This document shows, piece by piece, positions 40,053 to 48,456 of a DNA stretch of 51,598 nt. The stretch lies in the IMG/VR virus record IMGVR_UViG_3300045988_159957; one strand, 5' to 3'. The stretch is from a virus. The position numbers were made by a program, and so were the translations under genes. A model generated the notes under the pieces. It was not told where the DNA came from and made no database searches. It saw only the letters and a program-made list of their open reading frames with translations. Each line of letters starts with the position of its first letter. The stretch's first letter is position 1.

Positions 40053-40785
40053 ATACCTATTTTTGCACCTATTTTTAGGTATTATTTCTCAAAATTTTTT
40101 ATTTTTGGTGTAAAAATTTACTGTACAAGGTAAAGCAAAAACAGGTATATTTATCACAAAAATAGGTATAAAAATAGGTATTTTTAGCATTTTGTATGAG
40201 TAGCATTTTGACAAAAATAGGTATAAAATTTTTGAAGAATTCACTATTTTACTCTACTTGTCATGATTTTAAAAATACCTATTTTTGTTTTTATCCTGTG
40301 CTTTTGTGGTCAACTGAATTTTGTGTAAAAATTAAGTGTCTTTGCGAAATGTGAAAATTTTGACAGTTTACTCTCAGTTTACTTTATAAGGTAAAATAGA
40401 ATAGGTTTTTTATTGATCAAAATAGGTATTCTCTTTCAAAAATAGGTATAAAAATAGGTATTTTTGTGTAAAATCTATGAGTGTGCAAACACAAAAATAG
40501 GTATAAAATTTTTTCAGAATGTTGTATTTTACTCATAAAACTACTATTTTCAAAATACCTATTTTTATTTATATTGTTGTAGGTACAATAAAAAATAATA
40601 GTATAATTTACATATAGACATATATAATATATATAAAATAAATGCACACAAAAATAGGTATAAAAATCGCCAAAATCGCTTGAATTGCTCTCTCGAATGG
40701 CATTTTCAGAAAAAACAAAAATAGGTATACGATCGTGCAAACTTCATCATTTTACTCATCCAGTCACGATTCGCAAAAATAGGGT
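40053..40785. repeat. Iteron array: AAAAATAGGTAT motif, at least 9 forward and 3-4 inverted copies (candidate replication origin or operator array)
   Basis: Forward copies start at 40158, 40170, 40213, 40419 (11-mer), 40438, 40450, 40493, 40650 and 40717, with a degenerate copy at 40775. Inverted copies (ATACCTATTTTT) start at 40053, 40275 and 40555, with a degenerate copy at 40066. The block 40156-40290 is re-used at +280 bp. Confidence 0.85.
40561..40650. other. Extremely A/T-rich stretch inside the iteron region (candidate DNA unwinding element)
   Basis: atttttatttatattgttgtaggtacaataaaaaataatagtataatttacatatagacatatataatatatataaaataaat. Confidence 0.5.
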
Positions 40786-40907
40786 TTTTTTATTAAATAT
40801 TTGCATACGGTTTTACGTTTTTATCTCAAGCATTTTTGCTCATTACTTTTGCTTCTGGGGCATGCTCCCTGGGCTGTGCTTCGCACAAAAAACTTTGGCA
40901 AAAGAAA

Positions 40908-40928
40908 AGAGCCACGCTGGGTGGCTTT
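40908..40928. terminator. Bidirectional terminator hairpin after CDS 40934..41230
   Basis: AGCCAC-gctgg-GTGGCT stem flanked by aaaagaaaag (left) and ttatttttt (right). Confidence 0.6.
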
Positions 40929-40933
40929 ATTTT

Positions 40934-41230
40934 TTATTTACCAAACTGTTCATTGAGTTCTTTGTTCGTCATTATCAATTCTATTTCATTTGCTTTCTGC
41001 AATACAGATCTTGAACTGAATGTTTCTCTGTTTTTAATGTACAGAGCAGCATCATCACATTTTTCAAAGCAATCCAATAACTCTTCTTTACATTTTTCAA
41101 ATGCTTTAATGGTACGCTCGTAAGATTTCACATTTGTGGCTTTCATTCTATCAATATTGCGCTGTAAAGCATCAAGTGCGGTTTTCTGAATATCTTCTGC
41201 CCATGCGATTTGCTTTTCTGTTCCTTTCAT
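40934..41230 (-). CDS. Hypothetical helical protein (98 aa)
   Basis: ATG 41230 follows GAAGGAGG (the track start lies upstream of the RBS). Confidence 0.55.
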   Translation of the reverse strand: MKGTEKQIAWAEDIQKTALDALQRNIDRMKATNVKSYERTIKAFEKCKEELLDCFEKCDDAALYIKNRETFSSRSVLQKANEIELIMTNKELNEQFGK

Positions 41231-41260
41231 TTCTGTTACCTCCTTCAACCTTATGAGCTT

Positions 41261-41289
41261 ATCATACTCTCATTTTCATGAAAAATAAA
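41261..41289 (-). promoter_or_regulatory. Phage consensus promoter P10 (minus: TTTATT-N17-TATGAT)
   Basis: Plus strand shows atcata (41261-41266) and aataaa (41284-41289). Confidence 0.55.
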
Positions 41290-41295
41290 GAGTTT

Positions 41296-41565
41296 TTAGA
41301 ACTTTTTATTCTTAGAATATCTGCCACAACTTCTTAGTTTAGACTGAATGAATGCATTTGCTTCTTCTTTTGAATCAAAATCTTTTGTGAAGCAATGTCT
41401 TCTAGAACTTACCTTTACAACACAATTTTCACCTTTCTTGAAACAAGTGTATGTTGTCGGTGCCATCCATTCATTAGAGCTTTCATATTTCTTCCATGTT
41501 GTGTATTCTGCTACAATTCTATACCCTTTATTGAGAAGTGCTGTTGTATTCATCTGAAGTGTCAT
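41296..41565 (-). CDS. Hypothetical protein (89 aa)
   Basis: ATG 41565 follows AAGGAGG (track start 41607 falls inside promoter P11). Confidence 0.55.
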   Translation of the reverse strand: MTLQMNTTALLNKGYRIVAEYTTWKKYESSNEWMAPTTYTCFKKGENCVVKVSSRRHCFTKDFDSKEEANAFIQSKLRSCGRYSKNKKF

Positions 41566-41588
41566 ATCTGTTACCTCCTTACAAGAAT

Positions 41589-41617
41589 ATTCTATATCAA
41601 TTTTCATGAAAAGTAAA
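41589..41617 (-). promoter_or_regulatory. Phage consensus promoter P11 (minus: TTTACT-N17-TAGAAT)
   Basis: Plus strand shows attcta (41589-41594) and agtaaa (41612-41617). Confidence 0.6.
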
Positions 41618-41656
41618 GAGAAAAATGAGAAATCTATGAAAAATTTTTCGAATCCT

Positions 41657-41680
41657 CGTGCATGTGTATGTACATGTGTA
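41657..41680. repeat. 24-nt perfect alternating pyrimidine-purine tract
   Basis: cgtgcatgtgtatgtacatgtgta alternates Y-R without a break and contains the palindrome atgtacat. Confidence 0.8.
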
Positions 41681-41827
41681 AATTATTGTAAGGATATGTC
41701 CCTGTGGCATTGCTGGGTGCCCACTGTGCTGTGTAAAATTGTGTGGGCTATACTTTGTTCCTGCAAAGCATTTATGAGGTCCAAGGACGATTTTATGCAA
41801 TAATTTTATAAACTTTAAAAGTAACTA

Positions 41828-41856
41828 TTTACATTTTTCACAGTCTGATTTATGGT
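41828..41856 (+). promoter_or_regulatory. Phage consensus promoter P12 (TTTACA-N17-TATGGT) for the packaging/late operon
   Basis: -35 at 41828-41833, -10 at 41851-41856, 45 nt upstream of terS. Confidence 0.6.
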
Positions 41857-41874
41857 TGCTTTAGGTTGACAATT

Positions 41875-41891
41875 ACAACGCAAAGCGTTGT
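41875..41891. promoter_or_regulatory. Perfect 7-bp inverted repeat ACAACGC-aaa-GCGTTGT in the terS leader (operator-like)
   Basis: Read directly from the sequence. Lies between a TTGACA hexamer (41866-41871) and the terS start. Confidence 0.4.
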
Positions 41892-41900
41892 AAATAAGGG

Positions 41901-42629
41901 ATGGTGAGTATGGGAAAAAAGGAAAAAACGCTGAAAGTTCGGGTTCCTGACACAAAATACAGAAGATGGAGAATGGCAGAGCCGGAAAATGAAGAGAGAA
42001 ATGGAAGAGTGATACTTATCGATTTTCGATGTATTCGAAACGTTCCATTCAAGAGTGTTGACTATGGTAGCAGGAGAAGAATTAAGTGGAATTCTCCTGC
42101 ACATTTGCAATCTCTGGTAGATGAATATTTCGCCAGCTGTGAAGGAGTTATCTACAATCCTAAGACAGGAATGCCTTTCTATGATGACTATGGCAGACCT
42201 AGAATGGGTCAGATCAAACCTTATACAATAAGTGGGTTGGCATGCTACATTCACATTGATTCCAGCTCTATCAAGAAATACACGAATGAACAAATTGATG
42301 AGCTGGGATATCCAACAGGAGATGAATATGTCGGTCCACAATACTCTGAAATCATCATTGAAGCCAGAAAGAAGATCGAAGCATTTGCAGAAGAAAGACT
42401 CTATGACAGAGATGGGTTCAATGGTGGCAGATTCGTTCTGAACTGTGCTTTCGGTTGGCAGGAGAGACGTGAAGAAGCAGAGATCAAAAACATGAAGAAG
42501 ATGCAGAAATTAAGAGAGAAAGAGCTGAAGATGAAGCAATCTCTTATTGAGGGCGAAGATGGTGATGAACCTGTTACCATCAATATCGTTAGGGCTGAGA
42601 GAAAGGAGAATACAGATGGAAAAAATTGA
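41901..42629 (+). CDS. terS: Terminase small subunit
   Basis: PYTISGLACYIHIDSSSIKKY HTH-like segment and a C-terminal GGRFVLNCAFGWQE, typical of Terminase_2-type TerS. Directly upstream of terL. Confidence 0.7.
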   Translation: MVSMGKKEKTLKVRVPDTKYRRWRMAEPENEERNGRVILIDFRCIRNVPFKSVDYGSRRRIKWNSPAHLQSLVDEYFASCEGVIYNPKTGMPFYDDYGRPRMGQIKPYTISGLACYIHIDSSSIKKYTNEQIDELGYPTGDEYVGPQYSEIIIEARKKIEAFAEERLYDRDGFNGGRFVLNCAFGWQERREEAEIKNMKKMQKLREKELKMKQSLIEGEDGDEPVTINIVRAERKENTDGKN

Positions 42630-42864
42630 GATTTCAAGTATCCTTTCTAAAAAGATGGCTTCACAGGAAAAGATTTGTCCTCTCTGTAAGAGATCATTTC
42701 TCGTTCAGAACTGTGATAACTGGAGCTACAAGGTGTATGTCGGTGGAAGAAGAAAAGTCTTATGCAGCTGGCATTGCATGAGAGAATATGAAAAGACTCA
42801 TGCACTGAAATCTGATGCAAAGAAAAAGAGAGCCATAGAGAACCAGCTCAGAGGAGGATATTGA
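42616..42864 (+). CDS. Small zinc-finger-like protein between terS and terL
   Basis: ATG 42616 follows AAAGGAGA. Contains CPLC...CSWHC. Confidence 0.5.
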   Translation: MEKIEISSILSKKMASQEKICPLCKRSFLVQNCDNWSYKVYVGGRRKVLCSWHCMREYEKTHALKSDAKKKRAIENQLRGGY

Positions 42865-44198
42865 TGCCTGTCATAACAAAAGCTGTGAATCCACGGTTTG
42901 AAAATTTCATATTTGACTGGCAGTACAAGAAATATCTCCTTGTGGGAGGATATGGCTCTTCAAAATCCTATCACATTGCTCTCAAGCTGATTCTCAAGTG
43001 TCTGGCAGAAAAGAGAAAAGTCCTTGTTGTGAGAGAAGTGTATGATACACATAGAGATTCTACTTTTTCTCTGTTCAAAGAGATCCTTGAGGATATGAAT
43101 CTCCTTGCTGACAGCCCCAAACAGAAGAAAAAGAAAGTCATAGCCAAAGAAAGCCCATTCAAGCTCACATTCCCTAACAAGAGTGAGATCATCTTCAAGG
43201 GTATGGACAAGCCGGAGAAGTTGAAATCTATCAATGGAGTCACAATCGTATGGCTGGAAGAGTGTAGCGAAATCAAATACTCCGGTTACAAGGAGCTGCT
43301 TGGTCGTTTGAGACATCCCTATTTGGACCTGCACTTTATATTAAGCACGAACCCTGTCGGCACAGATAACTGGGTGTACACGCACTTCTTCAAGAGTGTT
43401 GATGACCAAGGCAATGAACATGTCGTGCTGGATGACAACTTATTATATAAGCTCCACACGATCGTGAGAGGAGACACTTACTATCATCACTCTACTGTAG
43501 ATGACAATTTCTTTGTACAGCAAGACTACATAGATCAGCTTGAGGAGATGAAGAACTTTGATAGAGATCTTTATAGGATTGCTAGAAAAGGAAGATTTGG
43601 TGTCAATGGACTGAGAGTTCTTCCTCAATGGGAAATCATGGATGCTGAGCTTGTTGAAAGAGAAGTAAGAGGAATTCCTAAGAGATTCCATCGTATAGGT
43701 ATGGACTTCGGTTTTGAGACATCTTATAATGCTATTGTGTGGATGGCTATTGATGACAAGAGAAAGTGGCTATACATTTATAAAGAGTATTACAAGAACA
43801 AGATGACAGATGATAAAACAGCAGAAGATTTGAGAAGTGATCCGAAATATGAGGGAATTGAGAAAGAGGAGATCATTGCGGACTGTGAAGATCCCAAGGC
43901 AATTCAGTTCTACAATCAAGAGGGCTTCACAATGAGAAAATGCCGGAAATTTGCTGGTTCAAGGCTTGCCAACACTAAGAAAGTAAAGAGATTCAAGCGT
44001 ATCATCTGCAGTAGTGATTGCCCTAACACGAATAGAGAGTGTAGCACCCTTACGTACTTTAAAAAACCTGATGGAACACTTGTTCTTGATGAATTCAATA
44101 TCGATCCACATACCTTTTCTGCTATCTGGTATGGGTTAGATGGATATACTGTAGCAAATGTAAAAGAAAGAGCTTCTAACAGTAAGAAAGGAGGATGA
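42861..44198 (+). CDS. terL: Terminase large subunit (PBSX/Terminase_3-like)
   Basis: Walker A region LLVGGYGSSKSYH, Walker B VWLEE, C-terminal nuclease region. 445 aa. Confidence 0.9.
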   Translation: MMPVITKAVNPRFENFIFDWQYKKYLLVGGYGSSKSYHIALKLILKCLAEKRKVLVVREVYDTHRDSTFSLFKEILEDMNLLADSPKQKKKKVIAKESPFKLTFPNKSEIIFKGMDKPEKLKSINGVTIVWLEECSEIKYSGYKELLGRLRHPYLDLHFILSTNPVGTDNWVYTHFFKSVDDQGNEHVVLDDNLLYKLHTIVRGDTYYHHSTVDDNFFVQQDYIDQLEEMKNFDRDLYRIARKGRFGVNGLRVLPQWEIMDAELVEREVRGIPKRFHRIGMDFGFETSYNAIVWMAIDDKRKWLYIYKEYYKNKMTDDKTAEDLRSDPKYEGIEKEEIIADCEDPKAIQFYNQEGFTMRKCRKFAGSRLANTKKVKRFKRIICSSDCPNTNRECSTLTYFKKPDGTLVLDEFNIDPHTFSAIWYGLDGYTVANVKERASNSKKGG

Positions 44199-44203
44199 TA
44201 GAG

Positions 44204-44431
44204 ATGGAAGTAGAGTATTACACTATGGGAAAATCAAGAGTTCCGCCTTGGGCAGGAGATGCTCTTGAAAACATCACATACACTCAGGATGGTAGAGTTG
44301 AATCTGCTACAGTTAACTCAGCGGATGGCTCTGTGCTGGCAAAAGCCGGAGATGTGCTTTTGAAAATTCCCAGAAACAAGTTACCCGTTGTCGTGAAAAA
44401 GAAGGATGCTGAAAAATTCGGTATAAAATAA
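44204..44431 (+). CDS. Hypothetical protein (75 aa)
   Basis: ATG 44204 lies 9 nt after AGGAGG. Confidence 0.5.
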   Translation: MEVEYYTMGKSRVPPWAGDALENITYTQDGRVESATVNSADGSVLAKAGDVLLKIPRNKLPVVVKKKDAEKFGIK

Positions 44432-44443
44432 GGAGGAAGACAT

Positions 44444-44716
44444 ATGTTTAGAAATTGTGTGTTCAAAGTATCTGTAAATACTAAGAAGTGGGCGAAAGCT
44501 GCTGCTGTAAGAGCTGTGAAGACCATGGCTCAGACGTTCGTTGCTATGATTGGCACCGCTGCTGTGATGGGTGATGTGAACTGGACGATGGTAGCTAGCG
44601 CATCTGTTCTTTCCGGTATCATCTCTGTGGCAACTTCTATCGCTGGTATTCCTGAGGTGGCAGACGGAGAGGATATGGGATTCAACGGAACGGAAGGAGT
44701 AGATGAAGATGAGTGA
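44444..44716 (+). CDS. Holin
   Basis: 90 aa. KAAAVRAVKTMAQTFVAMIG motif, two hydrophobic segments and an acidic C-terminus. Overlaps the endolysin start. Confidence 0.75.
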   Translation: MFRNCVFKVSVNTKKWAKAAAVRAVKTMAQTFVAMIGTAAVMGDVNWTMVASASVLSGIISVATSIAGIPEVADGEDMGFNGTEGVDEDE

Positions 44717-45467
44717 TCTTGTGATCAATAAGATGATTACCAACGTGAATCGCTCAATCTCCAACAGAGGTGTTGGCAAGATCAAATATCTTGTCAAGCA
44801 CTATGTTGGAGCAACAGGAGGAGCTCTCGCAAACTGCAAGCACTTCCGAGATACTTATATAGGAGCATCTGCTCATTATTTCGTTGGTCATAATGGAGAG
44901 ATTTGGCAATGCGTTGAAGATAAGGACGTTGCCTGGCATGTTGGAGCTAAGAAATACAAGCACAGATATTGCAGAAATTCTAACTCTATCGGAGTTGAGT
45001 TGTGTGTGAGAAGAGATGCCTCCGGTCGTTGGTATTACACTGAAGCTACCAAGAAAGCAGCAATTGAGCTCTTTGCTTACCTTATGAAAAAGTACAACAT
45101 CCCTATCAGCAATGTGCTGCGACACTATGATGTAACCGGAAAGGTCTGTCCTGAGCCCGATGTGTCGTCTGCACCCGTTTGGGATACATTCAAGACAGAA
45201 TTACAGATTGCTGTCAATGGGACGTCTGTATCCGGACCACAGGACGCTACAGGTACATCCGGTGTCCCTTATAAAATAAAGGTTGCCCACGTGGCAAAGG
45301 GTGATGTTCTCTGGATCAGAAAGACTCCCTCTGCAAAGGCAGCTTCTACTGGGTGCCTGCAGTATAATGATAACAATGCATACACGATCGTAGCAGAACA
45401 GAATGGATGGGGTAAGCTGAAGAGTGGAATCGGCTGGATCAACCTCAAGTACACCAAGAGAGTGTAG
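44703..45467 (+). CDS. Endolysin: N-acetylmuramoyl-L-alanine amidase (Amidase_2/PGRP) plus a C-terminal SH3-like domain
   Basis: AHYFVGHNGEIWQCV..DVAWHVGA...NSIGVELC...RHYDVTGKVCPEP, with C-terminal GDVLWIRKTPS...GWGKLKSGIGWINLKY. Confidence 0.9.
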   Translation: MKMSDLVINKMITNVNRSISNRGVGKIKYLVKHYVGATGGALANCKHFRDTYIGASAHYFVGHNGEIWQCVEDKDVAWHVGAKKYKHRYCRNSNSIGVELCVRRDASGRWYYTEATKKAAIELFAYLMKKYNIPISNVLRHYDVTGKVCPEPDVSSAPVWDTFKTELQIAVNGTSVSGPQDATGTSGVPYKIKVAHVAKGDVLWIRKTPSAKAASTGCLQYNDNNAYTIVAEQNGWGKLKSGIGWINLKYTKRV

Positions 45468-45484
45468 AAAGGAGGAGAGATTAA

Positions 45485-47002
45485 ATGAGAGCCAGATCAG
45501 ACATTGATGGAAAAGTCACACAAGTAACAGCATACACCCAGATTCCTTATAGTGTGTTTGGAACAGAGCTTGAGGGATCCTTAAAGAATGATTTCAATCA
45601 GGAAGTCAGCGAAATCATGGGATTCTATGATGACTACTATCTCGGTGCAGAATTTTCCACAGAGGGTACATCCGGTGATTATGTTGCTTCTTGCCTTGCT
45701 TATAAGAAAGCAGCGGATCTTATCAATAAGGAAGCGAGATTCTTATTCAGCATACCTCCTACCTTTACAATCAATCCTGACACCTCTAACATGAGTGACA
45801 AGGAAAAGGAAGAGAATACCAAGCTAAATGATTTTCTCAGCTGTGCTCTCAAGAGATTGAAAATCAATTCAAAGCTCGTAAAGGCAGCAAAAGACTGTTT
45901 TATCGGTAAGAGAGTTGCTTGTATGCTGAATTTCAGTGATACAGAAGGAATCACAGCTACATTCCTGAGCTCTACAGAATTTCTCTATCAGTTCAAAGGA
46001 GATACACTTGATAGAATTGTTGCTATATACATTCTTCAGGATGCTACAAACAAATCAGATCAGGTCATTAAGAAAAAGATATATGAGATGGGAGAAGACG
46101 GGTATTGCTATGTAGAGGAATCCCTCTATTCTGGTACAGGAGAACTCAAAGAAGAGGGAAGAATTGAGAAGACGAAGACACTTTTCAAGAGAATTCCTGC
46201 TGTTGTTATTCTCAATGATGGATTAAGCAATGATACAAGAGGTTGCAGTGACATTGCAGATCAGGTAGATTATGAAGCTTATTACAGCAAGTTGGCAAAT
46301 GCTGATATGGACTCCGAAAGAAAGAGCATGAACCCTATTAGATATGCTATTGATGCAAGCCAGAGCAGCACCAAGAATTTGAGCTCCTCTCCTGGATCTT
46401 TCTGGGATATTCAGTCCGAACAGAATGCTTCTGATCCTAAAACAGCTCAGGTGGGCATGCTTGAAGCTGGGATGAATTATTCCAATGCTCTTAAGACTAC
46501 TCTGGATAGAATTGAGAATACAATGTACAGCAGCCTTGAGATTCCTAACATCAACAGTGAGAAGTTGCAGGGTGTGATTACCTCTGGCAAGACTCTCAAG
46601 GCTCTCTATTGGAGCTTGATTGTTCGGTGTAATGAAAAGATGCTTACCTGGACTCCGGCTCTTGAATACATTGCCGAAATCATCATTGAGGGTTCAAAGC
46701 TCTATCCCAAGAGTGCGGATGTACTTATGAGATACGATCAACACAACTATGAGATTCCCGACATTCCCTATGAAATCAGGGTTGAGAACAACTATCCTCT
46801 CCCTGAAGATGAGCAGGAAGAAAAGACAATTGATCTTTCTGAAGTTGCAGCTCAGACAATGAGTAGAAAGTCTTACATGAAGAAGTGGAGAAATCTCACA
46901 GATGAAGAAATTCAGGCTGAATTGAAACAGATTGCTCTTGAACGGCAGATGCTTGAAGATACTTACATGCCTACAACAAATGGTGATATGGTGGAGGTGT
47001 AG
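45485..47002 (+). CDS. Portal protein
   Basis: 505 aa, located between terL and the MuF-like gene. Acidic C-terminus. Confidence 0.8.
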   Translation: MRARSDIDGKVTQVTAYTQIPYSVFGTELEGSLKNDFNQEVSEIMGFYDDYYLGAEFSTEGTSGDYVASCLAYKKAADLINKEARFLFSIPPTFTINPDTSNMSDKEKEENTKLNDFLSCALKRLKINSKLVKAAKDCFIGKRVACMLNFSDTEGITATFLSSTEFLYQFKGDTLDRIVAIYILQDATNKSDQVIKKKIYEMGEDGYCYVEESLYSGTGELKEEGRIEKTKTLFKRIPAVVILNDGLSNDTRGCSDIADQVDYEAYYSKLANADMDSERKSMNPIRYAIDASQSSTKNLSSSPGSFWDIQSEQNASDPKTAQVGMLEAGMNYSNALKTTLDRIENTMYSSLEIPNINSEKLQGVITSGKTLKALYWSLIVRCNEKMLTWTPALEYIAEIIIEGSKLYPKSADVLMRYDQHNYEIPDIPYEIRVENNYPLPEDEQEEKTIDLSEVAAQTMSRKSYMKKWRNLTDEEIQAELKQIALERQMLEDTYMPTTNGDMVEV

Positions 47003-47005
47003 TCT

Positions 47006-47968
47006 ATGCCAGAGATACGATTGCTGACTGCAGAAAAAACTCGTTCAAGGCTGACAATTCAGCAACAGAGATATATAAAAAAGCTCTATCAGCAAGCAGT
47101 AGAAGATGTGAAGGACTGGGAAAAATCTCTTCAGGGTAAAGACAATGTTTCCTCTGTCATTAGAAGAGAATACCTCAATCAGATGAGAAAAGACCTAAAT
47201 GAAGAAATGGAAAAGATTGGCTCTGATGTAGAGAGCACAATAAAATCCAATATTTCTGCTACTGCTACAGCGGTCGTAAAAGACGCAAATTCCGTCCTTA
47301 ATGGTTTAGGGATAAGTGTAAAAGGGGCTTACAGTTTTGTTCCGTCAGACGTCGTCCAGGCAATCACAACGGGACAGGTGTATGACGCAAGCTGGACGCT
47401 GTCAAAAGCTATTTGGGCACACACCAAAAAGTCTCAGCAGGATATCTATGACATCATTGCGAAAGGTGTGGCAGAAAACAAGAGTTCTTATGAGATTGCA
47501 AAACAGCTTGAGATTTACGTCAATCCCTCGGCATTAAAACCCTGGGATTGGGGTAAGCTCTATCCTGGATCCTCTAAAGTGGTTGATTACAATGCTCAAA
47601 GATTGGCTAGAACCCTTGTCAGCCATGCTTATCAGCAGAGTTTTGTGAGAACAACAAAAGATAACCCGTTCTTTTTAGGGTATCGATGGCTCACATCTGG
47701 TCATAATGTGTGCCCGATTTGTATTGGATATGCAGAAGATGTACATGACAATTCGCTTCCGGCTGGAGTGTTCCCTAAAGATGAGTTGCCCATAGACCAT
47801 CCCAATGGGAGATGTACTTTTTCCATTTACATGGAGGATAGCACTGATCAAATTGTTGACTCTTTAGTTGCGTGGGCACATGGTGAGGATAGTCCTGAGC
47901 TTGATAAGTTTGCTGAAAGCCTTGGGTTCCCCATTTCTGAGGTGAAAAGAGCTGTGAAAAAGTATTAA
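47006..47968 (+). CDS. Head morphogenesis protein (SPP1 gp7 / Mu F-like)
   Basis: YNAQRLARTLVSHAYQQS and C-terminal CPICIGY...HPNGRCT motifs. Confidence 0.85.
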   Translation: MPEIRLLTAEKTRSRLTIQQQRYIKKLYQQAVEDVKDWEKSLQGKDNVSSVIRREYLNQMRKDLNEEMEKIGSDVESTIKSNISATATAVVKDANSVLNGLGISVKGAYSFVPSDVVQAITTGQVYDASWTLSKAIWAHTKKSQQDIYDIIAKGVAENKSSYEIAKQLEIYVNPSALKPWDWGKLYPGSSKVVDYNAQRLARTLVSHAYQQSFVRTTKDNPFFLGYRWLTSGHNVCPICIGYAEDVHDNSLPAGVFPKDELPIDHPNGRCTFSIYMEDSTDQIVDSLVAWAHGEDSPELDKFAESLGFPISEVKRAVKKY

Positions 47969-47977
47969 AATTTTCGC

Positions 47978-48006
47978 TTTACTTTTTTGTAGGATAGTAG
48001 TATACT
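47978..48006 (+). promoter_or_regulatory. Phage consensus promoter P13 (TTTACT-N17-TATACT)
   Basis: -35 at 47978-47983, -10 at 48001-48006, directly upstream of CDS 48026. Confidence 0.6.
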
Positions 48007-48025
48007 ATCCTAAAGGAGGTTCGTC

Positions 48026-48400
48026 ATGAACACAAATAACCCTAAACCTGTTATTGTCTGTGACGCTTGCAGCCATGAGTTTGATGCCAAGAAGATTGAA
48101 TTCAAAACTGCAAAAACAAAGATCGACGGGAAAGAGCTTGAGGTTACGTTTTACAAATGTCCCAATTGTGGGCAGAACTACGTCATCTCCATCATGGATT
48201 ACTGGGGCAAAAAACTCCAGCAGCAATACATTGATGCAGAGAGCTCTTATAGAAAACTATATCACAGTTCTCTCCCTAACAAAGACAAGCTGAGACAGAA
48301 ACTCGATAAAGCTGAACAGCTGAAAGATAAAGCTCTGTCTTATGTCAAAGATCTGTTACAGAAATACGGAGACCTCTTACCAGAGGAGATCTTCCGATAG
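48026..48400 (+). CDS. Zinc-ribbon protein with a helical C-terminal half, hypothetical
   Basis: CDAC...CPNC, 124 aa, AAAGGAGG RBS. Confidence 0.6.
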   Translation: MNTNNPKPVIVCDACSHEFDAKKIEFKTAKTKIDGKELEVTFYKCPNCGQNYVISIMDYWGKKLQQQYIDAESSYRKLYHSSLPNKDKLRQKLDKAEQLKDKALSYVKDLLQKYGDLLPEEIFR

Positions 48401-48456
48401 GTAAAAATTCTGGATTGAAAGACACCATGTCTATAACTGGAGAAAGGAACAGCAAT

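Noticed and set aside
40053-40785. Repeated 12-mers considered as a CRISPR array
   Set aside because: The repeats are only 12 nt, occur in both orientations and have irregular spacing (12 to >100 nt). There is no spacer-like unique-sequence periodicity and no cas genes. Iteron or operator architecture fits better.
40417-41123. ORFs 40417..40740 (-), 40685..41014 (+) and 40836..41123 (+) in the iteron region
   Set aside because: No Shine-Dalgarno sequences, extreme A/T-driven composition (I/F/Y/N/K-rich), and they overlap iterons, the terminator and the real gene 40934..41230.
41597-41803. ORFs 41597..41800 (-) and 41606..41803 (+) in the divergent control region
   Set aside because: No RBS and Cys/His/Thr-rich products generated by the alternating GT/AC tract. 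They overlap promoter P11.
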